Source: a virus
Strand: one strand, 5' to 3'
Length of the DNA: 64,000 bases
IMG/VR virus record: IMGVR_UViG_3300036939_000082
Location: 32,001 to 96,000 of that record
Shown: positions 8,998-16,236 of the stretch, one piece after another
How the letters are laid out: every line of letters begins with the position of its first letter
How positions within the stretch are numbered: position 1 is the first letter of the stretch
Notes under the pieces: model-generated
What the model saw: only the letters and a program-made list of their open reading frames with translations
Told to the model about the DNA's origin: nothing
Database searches by the model: none
Made by a program: the position numbers and the translations under genes

Positions 8998-9388
8998 GTA
9001 CAAGCCCGTCCTTCTAGAACGGCTTTAGTTAAGAGTTATGAATAACCAAAGATATGCTTTGTCAGACTGCTACAGTTAGGGATGTTGCAGCAGCGCAAGT
9101 AGTTCTAATTAGAGGACTTGCAGCCGTGGGACACACGGTGAAGATGCTTGGGGAGGGTAAATTCATTGGAATCCCTACAAACCAAGAAGCTTAGTTTGGT
9201 ATTGTCAACTAGCCTATTATTTCCATTAAAAGATCAAACAGCAAGCACTTGTGTGAAAAAGCTCACAACCCAGTATGGTGTAATTAATTGCAGTCGTAGG
9301 GCATACGGTAAAGAAGCTTTTGGAGGGTTAACTCAGTAGAGTCCCTATGAAGAAAGAATCCCCACGCCTTTAGGCTGGGGAGTGTCAA
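8998..9388 (+). mobile_element. Internally deleted IS200/IS605 element with two stacked tnpB 3'-end / omega-RNA-like segments
   Basis: Left-end-like hairpin gtacaagcccgtccttctagaacggcttt; 9054-9194 encodes a TnpB C-terminal remnant (RDVAAAQVVLIRGLAAVGHTVKML.EGKFIGIP); right end gaatccccacgcctttaggctggggagtgtcaa. Confidence 0.8.
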
Positions 9389-9502
9389 GCAATCGAATAC
9401 GGAGGTACTGCGAGCCCGGGTTCTTTTAGTTTGTTCGTTCTTGGGTTGGGGCGATCGGTGCTACAATATTAACTGGCAGACAAGCGACAAGCCAACCGAA
9501 AG

Positions 9503-9543
9503 CAAAACCCGCAGATTGAGAGAGACTGCGGGTTTTGTTTTTC
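9503..9543. terminator. Bidirectional terminator
   Basis: caaaacccgcag...ctgcgggttttg plus T run. Confidence 0.8.
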
Positions 9544-9618
9544 TTGAGGGGCGATTGTTGGGTTTTGGCTTTTACAAAAGAATCGATTTTATTTTTGTGG
9601 ATTCAATCGACCTTTTTG

Positions 9619-10161
9619 CTAGCGATCGCCTAGAAAATCCTCAAATATTGCACCCCGTTTAATCAGATATTGCTTCATCGATTTAGAAATGACGGAGTTT
9701 GAGTTGAATCGGGCTTTCTCAACATTAGTCTGACTTAAGTCAGCACCGCTCAGGTCAGCACCGCTCAAGTCAGCACCGCTCAGGTCAGCACCGCTCAGGT
9801 CAGCACCGCTCAAGTCAGCACCGCTCAGGTCAGCACCGCTCAGGTTAGCACCGCTCAGGTCGGCATCACTCAGATCGACATCACTCAAGTTTCGATCTGT
9901 GATTCCCTGGGTAACAAGTTCTCGTACTAGATGCCACTTGTTGTTGATTTCGTTGTTATTGTCATCCTTTGAGTGTTCACTCAAGATTTGAACACTTGCA
10001 ATAGGAAAACCGCTTATTTCTTCTAATTCTCCTGACTTGATGCGAGATACAAGGCGTTTGACATATTCTTGAGAACCTTCTACCGTTAATACGGTACTGT
10101 GTGCAGGATTCTTATTTTGGTTGTCAACAATTCGATCGCCCGGAACTAATTTCTTTTTCAT
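9619..10161 (-). CDS. Pentapeptide-repeat protein (cyanobacterial type)
   Basis: LSGAN plus (LSGAD)x7; C-terminus ARF..N..IS...KQYLIKRGAIFED typical of cyanobacterial pentapeptide proteins. Confidence 0.88.
   Translation of the reverse strand: MKKKLVPGDRIVDNQNKNPAHSTVLTVEGSQEYVKRLVSRIKSGELEEISGFPIASVQILSEHSKDDNNNEINNKWHLVRELVTQGITDRNLSDVDLSDADLSGANLSGADLSGADLSGADLSGADLSGADLSGADLSGADLSQTNVEKARFNSNSVISKSMKQYLIKRGAIFEDFLGDR
9739..9858. repeat. Eight near-identical 15-bp tandem repeats (coding)
   Basis: gtcagcaccgctca(g/a) x8, in frame with the pentapeptide ORF. Confidence 0.95.
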
Positions 10162-10378
10162 CTTTGTTTAAAGTGTGGTTTTGTTTTTTTTGAGGGACGA
10201 TCGGCTATTCCCACCAAATTTCTTTAACAGGACGGCTCCAATCTGTTTCGGGGTGCATATTTTCTGGGGTAACTCCCTCCATTAGCTGTTCTAGTGTTGA
10301 AGGCTTTTTACGATTGTCATTTGTTTTTGCTTTATAGGATTACCAAGTTATTATATACTCTAATACATCGATTAGAGG

Positions 10379-10684
10379 TTGTTCTTTATGAAACGAGACG
10401 AAATTAAGCTCAGTTTTATAGAGACAGACAACGAGTCAATTAGCGAGACTTGTAGGTGCGAATTTTGCGATCGCCCTATCCGATTTTACCGATATAAAGG
10501 ATGGCTCTTTAACAACTATGTCGTTCAAAATACAGATGGTAGCGTTCACCGTCGCTGCGATCGCCCGGTAGCATGGTCGCCGTCTCGCAGGGATATTCCA
10601 GATGGCTGGGAGTATTGGCGACCCGACAGCGATGACGATCGCGCGTGTTACATCATAAAAAAGTACACTCGTTTTGAAAAGTGA
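10379..10684 (+). CDS. Hypothetical protein, possible Zn-binding
   Basis: CRCEFC motif plus HRRC. Confidence 0.6.
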   Translation: MFFMKRDEIKLSFIETDNESISETCRCEFCDRPIRFYRYKGWLFNNYVVQNTDGSVHRRCDRPVAWSPSRRDIPDGWEYWRPDSDDDRACYIIKKYTRFEK

Positions 10685-10769
10685 TCCACTATCAAAAAAT
10701 AGACCCGCATCTTTGTTTAAGAGCAATTGGAGCGGGTTTTAATTTTGGGGCGATAGCTGTGCTATTATG

Positions 10770-11020
10770 TCATGATACATACTGAGGTAACATCGTGGAA
10801 ACAAGGCAACAGCGGTACGAGCAAACTAAAAAAGGTAAACAAACGCGACAAACGGCAATTGCCGCTTATAGAACTAGGCGGGTCAAATGGGAAGTTTGGT
10901 TAACTCCGGAAATATCAAAGGCCCTAGAAGCTTCAATCCCTGACGGGGAAAGCAAATCAGAGTTTTTGAGAAAAATTTTACACAAGCACCTTGACAGGGT
11001 AGTTTTCATGATACATACTG
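10770..11020 (+). promoter_or_regulatory. 15-bp direct repeat TCATGATACATACTG (10770-10784 and 11006-11020) overlapping promoters
   Basis: Exact repeat; the second copy overlaps the -10 of TTGACA(10991)-17-CATACT. Confidence 0.6.
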
Positions 11021-11058
11021 TAGGGGAGCCTGATGAAATAAAAACAAAAAATGACTAA
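10795..11058 (+). CDS. Small DNA-binding protein (RHH/CopG-like)
   Basis: Basic N-terminus then KWEVWLTPEISKAL...SKSEFLRKILHKHL. Confidence 0.6.
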   Translation: METRQQRYEQTKKGKQTRQTAIAAYRTRRVKWEVWLTPEISKALEASIPDGESKSEFLRKILHKHLDRVVFMIHTVGEPDEIKTKND

Positions 11059-11353
11059 CCCAGAAATGTCGGAATTAATTGCTCAATCTGAAGCTGAAAT
11101 TGCTGCGCTCAAAGCTAACCTCGATCGAATGCAGGAGCGTCACGATTTACTCAATGCTGTCGAAGCGGTGCGCGAATCTATTTTGTTGCACCTTGACCGG
11201 GCGATCGAAATGTTAAATAAAGTCGCCCCGACTCAAGTTGCAACGTTCAAAAGTGAAATTGACGCAAAGTTTGAAGCGGCAGAATGGCGATCGGAATGTA
11301 ATGCTAGCAAAATTGGAGAGATAGTATTCGTCGAAACCAAGATGAAGAGTTAG
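11051..11353 (+). CDS. Coiled-coil hypothetical protein
   Basis: 100-aa ORF overlapping the previous gene. Confidence 0.7.
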   Translation: MTNPEMSELIAQSEAEIAALKANLDRMQERHDLLNAVEAVRESILLHLDRAIEMLNKVAPTQVATFKSEIDAKFEAAEWRSECNASKIGEIVFVETKMKS

Positions 11354-11427
11354 TAGTTTAACGGCGATCGGGGTTGCGCATCGTACACGCGAAATTTTAA
11401 TTTTCTAAAAATGCAAAAAGAGACAAT

Positions 11428-11928
11428 ATGACTAGCTACATTGAACTTTTGATTGAAAATCTACAGTTACGCACGAAAAAAGAACGCCTGACTATAGAAA
11501 AGAAAAGTCTGAAGACGGAAATTGAACGCTTGACTAAACAATTAGAACACATGAAGGCATTAAGAATTGAAATGCACAACGCATTTAAGCACGATCGCCC
11601 GATAGGTACAATGAAAGAAGTAGGCAGGGAGTCGCTAGAGTTTAACTGTGATGGCACTGGTGGAACGATTCACATAGTGAAATACGTTGATGATAGTGGT
11701 ACTTCTTTTATATACACAGAAGGGTTTGCCGAAAACGGTGATATAGCTCCTAAATTGTTCTGGCTAGGATATGCTGTTTTTTTCTTAGCTGAATGGCTAG
11801 GGCAACTAGGTTTTGTTTCTGTACCCGATCGGTTTGTAAAACTTTGTGAGGAAAATCCTAAATTTTTGGGTTTTGTTGATCGGGAGTTTCAACGGATCCG
11901 CGACACAAACCGAGGTGATAATACATGA
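11428..11928 (+). CDS. Hypothetical protein with N-terminal coiled coil
   Basis: 166-aa ORF in the operon. Confidence 0.7.
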   Translation: MTSYIELLIENLQLRTKKERLTIEKKSLKTEIERLTKQLEHMKALRIEMHNAFKHDRPIGTMKEVGRESLEFNCDGTGGTIHIVKYVDDSGTSFIYTEGFAENGDIAPKLFWLGYAVFFLAEWLGQLGFVSVPDRFVKLCEENPKFLGFVDREFQRIRDTNRGDNT

Positions 11929-12269
11929 AAAACCGCAAATTAGTCGAAGTTAAAGTTTTTGAACCTGCAAAACACTCCTCACTAGGAGAATGTAAAATAG
12001 ACGGACAGTTCTCTCATCTCGATCGCCACCGATTCACTAATTGCTGGCAAAAACCTTTACCCAGCGGAGCTATTAGGTGCTGGCAACTAGGTTGCCAAGG
12101 TCGCTGGGATTTTGTAGACGGCGTTTGCCTTGATTTTCTTGGTCGGTATCGCGCTGAGATTGTTGGGGAAATTTCGCGCGATCGCCAAGGAGAGAAAGAT
12201 AGATTTGTTTCCGCTGATGCAGCACAATTGAAATTTTTTACACAAAACGAAAACTTTTCCAAGGATTAA
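11925..12269 (+). CDS. Hypothetical protein
   Basis: ATGA overlap with the upstream gene. Confidence 0.65.
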   Translation: MKNRKLVEVKVFEPAKHSSLGECKIDGQFSHLDRHRFTNCWQKPLPSGAIRCWQLGCQGRWDFVDGVCLDFLGRYRAEIVGEISRDRQGEKDRFVSADAAQLKFFTQNENFSKD

Positions 12270-12270
12270 A

Positions 12271-13299
12271 ATGAACACTCAACTGACACTTGCACTCGAC
12301 ATATTCCCCGACGCCAGTCTAACTTTAGAGCAAAAAATCGAATGGAGTTTAAAAGTTTTTGACAGTTTAGACGAAGAGAAAGAGTACCGACTTGCTTTTA
12401 GTGGAGGTAAAGACAGCCACGTATTACTCGGAATATACTTAAAGTGGCGCGAGTCTCGTCAAAAAAACTTGAAGTTAAATGTGGTCTTTTCTGATACGTT
12501 GCTAGAAAGTCAGCAGCTTTACAGTCTGATCGAATTGACAGAGAAGACTTGCAAGGCAAAAGAAATCAACTTTATTCGAGTTAAACCCTTGTTAGAACAC
12601 AATTTTTGGGTAATTCTGTTTGGACTGGGTTATCCTGTACCGAATCACAGGGTTAGATGGTGTACAAGCCGTTTAAAAATCGATCCAATGGAAAAGACCC
12701 CGGGCATCGGCATTACGGGTTCTCATTTTGGAGAGAGTACAAAAAGAGACAACAGACTAAAAAAATGCGGTTCCAACGAATGCGGTATCAATGAATTATC
12801 TAATACTGTTGAACCTTTAGCAATCTGGCGAAACTGCGATATCTGGGATTGGATAATACTGTACTCTGACAGTATTATCTATAACGGAGTAAGCAGTCAA
12901 TTATTGTCCACATACAACATAGCAGAAGATAAAAATGGGAGCTTGAGAATGGGTTGTTTTATGTGTCCCGTGATAGCTCAGAGTACAACAGTTAAATTGG
13001 TAAACGATGGCATCGTGTCTCCAATTACCCTCAAAATTCGGGAGATTCTTGAAATTTTGCGAAAAAAACCCAGGATTTTATCGCAAAGGACTAAAAAGAA
13101 TGGGGCAATTTTAGTGGACGCTAGAATCGAAGTTTGGGAAAAAATGAAACCTTTTTTTCCTGTACTTTTAGAAAACAACTGGATTCAGCCCGAGGTAATA
13201 CACTTGGTTGAAGAAATGTTGTCTAAGAGAACTTACCCCCCAACCTACAAACAAGATTGGATAAAAGAACAGGAACAACTTCTCAAAAGTTTAGACTAG
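12271..13299 (+). CDS. Short DndC-like / PAPS-reductase-family protein
   Basis: AFSGGKDS PP-loop, SDTLLE, FWV.L.G.GYP.P...RWCTSRLKIDP, LRMGCFMCPV. Confidence 0.85.
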   Translation: MNTQLTLALDIFPDASLTLEQKIEWSLKVFDSLDEEKEYRLAFSGGKDSHVLLGIYLKWRESRQKNLKLNVVFSDTLLESQQLYSLIELTEKTCKAKEINFIRVKPLLEHNFWVILFGLGYPVPNHRVRWCTSRLKIDPMEKTPGIGITGSHFGESTKRDNRLKKCGSNECGINELSNTVEPLAIWRNCDIWDWIILYSDSIIYNGVSSQLLSTYNIAEDKNGSLRMGCFMCPVIAQSTTVKLVNDGIVSPITLKIREILEILRKKPRILSQRTKKNGAILVDARIEVWEKMKPFFPVLLENNWIQPEVIHLVEEMLSKRTYPPTYKQDWIKEQEQLLKSLD

Positions 13300-13330
13300 A
13301 GACAAAATACCGATCGCGCAATCGTCTACA

Positions 13331-13364
13331 GCAAAAACCCAGCAAATGTTTGCTGGGTTTTTGC
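13331..13364. terminator. Bidirectional terminator
   Basis: gcaaaaacccagcaaa-tg-tttgctgggtttttgc. Confidence 0.85.
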
Positions 13365-13389
13365 GTGTAAAGTATCGGTGTAACCGCTT

Positions 13390-13875
13390 CTATTGCATGA
13401 TACAATTTGGCAGCGCTTTCTGAAGCGAGCTTTTTTCTTCTCGACTAATTTCATTTCCGCCAATATAAAGCTCGGCTAAGTTGTGCAGCGAGCTTAACGG
13501 CTCAAGCGTTGTAATTTTATTGCCTGACAAGTTTAACCTTGTCAGATTGGTTAATTTCGCTAGGGGTGCAACATCGACAATTTGGTTGTCGTCTAGATAG
13601 AGCCACGTCAGATCCAGCAGCGATCCCAGTGAGCTGAGGTTGACTATTTTATTTTGTCTCAAGTCTAGGTGTATCAACTTGAACAATGGTTCTAGCGGAC
13701 TGATGTCGCTGATTTTGTTTCCCTTCAACCAGAGATACATCAGGTGCGTCAATTCACTGAAAGGCTGCAAGTCCTCAATTCCTTTGTCCTCGACAGCTAC
13801 ATCCGTCAGCCTAGTGATTTCGCTGATTTTAGGTAGCTGTTCTGCCGTGTACTGGTCGGGGTATATGTACGTCAT
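13390..13875 (-). CDS. Leucine-rich-repeat protein 2 (6 repeats)
   Basis: 22-aa LRRs; C-cap SLQKALPNC. Confidence 0.9.
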   Translation of the reverse strand: MTYIYPDQYTAEQLPKISEITRLTDVAVEDKGIEDLQPFSELTHLMYLWLKGNKISDISPLEPLFKLIHLDLRQNKIVNLSSLGSLLDLTWLYLDDNQIVDVAPLAKLTNLTRLNLSGNKITTLEPLSSLHNLAELYIGGNEISREEKSSLQKALPNCIMQ

Positions 13876-14075
13876 TAGGTGTATGAGTAAAAATCTGTTT
13901 TGTTTTTGATGGTATCACAAGTTGTGGCACTACGCAAACGAAAAGCCTCTCGGTTAAGTACCAAAGGACTTTTTCGATATTTAATTGGTAAACTAAAAAT
14001 TTACACAAATGCTTTAAGATGTAAATAGCGTGCTACTAGGCTGCTTTTTCCATCACTGACAAGGACTAAACCAAT

Positions 14076-14495
14076 ATGACTTTTAAAGAATCTCGTTTTT
14101 TGCTTCGCTTTGACGAATTTGCGCCAAAAGCTTTCTTGATCGCCTTAGCAAAATTTGAAGGAATTTTTTCCTCTGACTTGATACATCAAGTGAATCAAGT
14201 AGGCGATGCTTTAATCGGTAATGAATTAGAACAAACATCTCAACTTATTTGTATTGCCCAAAAAGATGTTATTTTTTACGAGGTTTTCAAACAGGCTTAC
14301 GAGGACTTGCTGGAAGTTGACAGTGAAAATGCAAGTTACTTTGATAAATCAGATATATGCTTGCGACGGACTGGTGATGATATTGAGAGATTTTTAACTA
14401 CTCCCCTGAGTGATGCAAATCCTCAGACTGCGGTCAAAAGACTTTTTGGAGGAGCAGATAATTTAGTTGAACGGGTTTATCAACTGAGATTTTGA
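14076..14495 (+). CDS. Hypothetical protein
   Basis: 139-aa ORF on the opposite strand between two homologous promoter/terminator blocks. Confidence 0.7.
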   Translation: MTFKESRFLLRFDEFAPKAFLIALAKFEGIFSSDLIHQVNQVGDALIGNELEQTSQLICIAQKDVIFYEVFKQAYEDLLEVDSENASYFDKSDICLRRTGDDIERFLTTPLSDANPQTAVKRLFGGADNLVERVYQLRF

Positions 14496-14622
14496 TTTGA
14501 TCTGTTATCGTAGTTAGTACCCAGCTAAGTCATTAGACGTTTTGGAAAAGGTTCACTTTTTTGTTCGGGTCTACAGAGGTGAGACTGCTTTGTTTTTGAT
14601 GGTGTCACAAGTTTTAACGGGA

Positions 14623-14671
14623 CGCAAACAACAAGCCCTTCAGTATTTAAATGAAAGGCTTGTTGTTTGCG
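14623..14671 (-). terminator. Terminator downstream of pex
   Basis: cgcaaacaacaagcc...ggcttgttgtttgcg. Confidence 0.8.
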
Positions 14672-14734
14672 TTGAAAGCTACGAAGCATCAATCTCTATC
14701 CAACCAGGATTTGGTGTGTAAATTTCACAACTCT

Positions 14735-15097
14735 TTAAGTGTGTTGTGTGTCCCAAAAATTAGCTAATGTCTGAACCTCTTTACGCCATTCTGCCGTCAA
14801 ACTGTACATTCGACGGGGGCGACCGCGCCCTTCTGTCTTTTTCCAGTAGGGTTTTGTTATCCCCTCTTTCTCAAGAAAATTTAATGCGACATAAAGTACC
14901 GTATCAGAAACCTGATAAACAGGAAATTTTTCTTTCAGTTTGTCCATCAGTTCTGTTCCGTAGGAATCTCCCTCTAATAAAACCGAAAGGATGTAACATA
15001 CTGCCTCTTCTGGGTTTAGGTAAATAGGGGGTGGGAATTGAAAATATTGATAAATTTTTGCGAGGCTGAGCCGTGAATTCGTTGGGTTGTGGATCAT
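14735..15097 (-). CDS. pex: Pex (circadian period extender) homologue, PadR family
   Basis: IYQYFQFPPPIYL..EEAVCYILSVLLEGDSYGTEL...SDTVLYVALNFLEKE...YWKKTEGRGRPRRMY matches cyanobacterial Pex nearly residue for residue as recalled. Confidence 0.88.
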   Translation of the reverse strand: MIHNPTNSRLSLAKIYQYFQFPPPIYLNPEEAVCYILSVLLEGDSYGTELMDKLKEKFPVYQVSDTVLYVALNFLEKEGITKPYWKKTEGRGRPRRMYSLTAEWRKEVQTLANFWDTQHT

Positions 15098-15437
15098 TGG
15101 TTTTGTTGATTCTAATACTTTTATTAGTTTAGCACGATAAAACGTTTAGCAGTTTATTTCGATCGACAGGTTTTTGTTTTTTACGGTTAGAGATTACGCA
15201 GTTTGTTTGCCTAAAATGTGGCAGTGAGGCGGATATATAGAATTTTGCGATGTTATTGTTTTGATTTATAACAAACCTTGATTTAGTATTGCTTGTAACT
15301 CTCCCCCGTGCTAGAATGAATTATAAAATTTTCAGGAAAGCCCATAAGACGGTAACATTCCTTCAGTGTCAGCTTTCTCACTACATCTTGCTCGGGAATG
15401 TAGATAAAAAACCTACCCGATGTTTCTTGCGAAGGAA

Positions 15438-15574
15438 TTGTGGGATGTACTCCATCTACCGAATAAATGCGATTAGGTTGTCTGTGAACTCTCGATAAAT
15501 GTATCGAATTGTTTACCGGGCAAGCCGACTGACTGAACCAAGAATCCTCGTACCTTTAGGTCGAAGAGTGTCAA
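15438..15574 (+). mobile_element. IS605-family tnpB 3'-end / omega-RNA-like remnant
   Basis: gtgggatgtactcc...accgggcaagccgactgactgaaccaagaatcctcgtacctttaggtcgaagagtgtcaa is typical of cyanobacterial IS605 right ends; no tnpB ORF. Confidence 0.65.
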
Positions 15575-15652
15575 GCACTATGCAAAACGTGAATTTGAGA
15601 TTGAGGTAGAAATAATAACCTGCAATTATTGCTACTCCGATCACCCGCTCTT

Positions 15653-16234
15653 TCAATTTTTCAAGAACTGTTCAGCCGCCAGCCAAGCTTTTTCGGGAGT
15701 TGGATGCGGTGCGCTCAATGTCCGATCGCCCGCGCCCACACCAAAATCGTAAGGAAAAGATCCGGGTGCTCGAACGCGGAAGCTCCAACCTTCCGATCGC
15801 CCACGTTCCACTAATTCGACTCGATACTGAACCCGCTGCACCGTGTATATCTGGCGATTGCCGTTCCTAACGTCTAATCCGCCGTAGCAATCGGGACGGT
15901 AGGTTTCCACGATTTTTGCAACCAAGCTTCTGTGGCAGCGCACGGGCGATCTCTCCCAACAGCACAAGGTTACATCGGTTTCTGGATCGAGATTGTCCAG
16001 CCAGTGCTTGATAGCATTCCAGCGCGATCGGCAAGTTTTTCGATAAGCTTCCACATAGTCTTCCCAATCTGCTTTAGACTTCGGGCTGTTTTTGTACTTT
16101 TGTACCGCTCTCCAATTAGGGACAAACAGTTCGATTGTCTTGACATCGGAGTGGGACTTAGGTGGATACTTGGCGATTGACTGGAGTTCGCCAAACTGAA
16201 ATTCCCATTTAGAGAATGCTGTGAAGTAAATCAT
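15653..16234 (-). CDS. DUF488-family protein
   Basis: DVTLCCWERSPVRCHRSLVA motif. Confidence 0.75.
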   Translation of the reverse strand: MIYFTAFSKWEFQFGELQSIAKYPPKSHSDVKTIELFVPNWRAVQKYKNSPKSKADWEDYVEAYRKTCRSRWNAIKHWLDNLDPETDVTLCCWERSPVRCHRSLVAKIVETYRPDCYGGLDVRNGNRQIYTVQRVQYRVELVERGRSEGWSFRVRAPGSFPYDFGVGAGDRTLSAPHPTPEKAWLAAEQFLKN

Positions 16235-16236
16235 TT

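Noticed and set aside
9739-9858. 15-bp tandem repeats as a CRISPR array
   Set aside because: No spacers; the units are in-frame codons of a pentapeptide protein.
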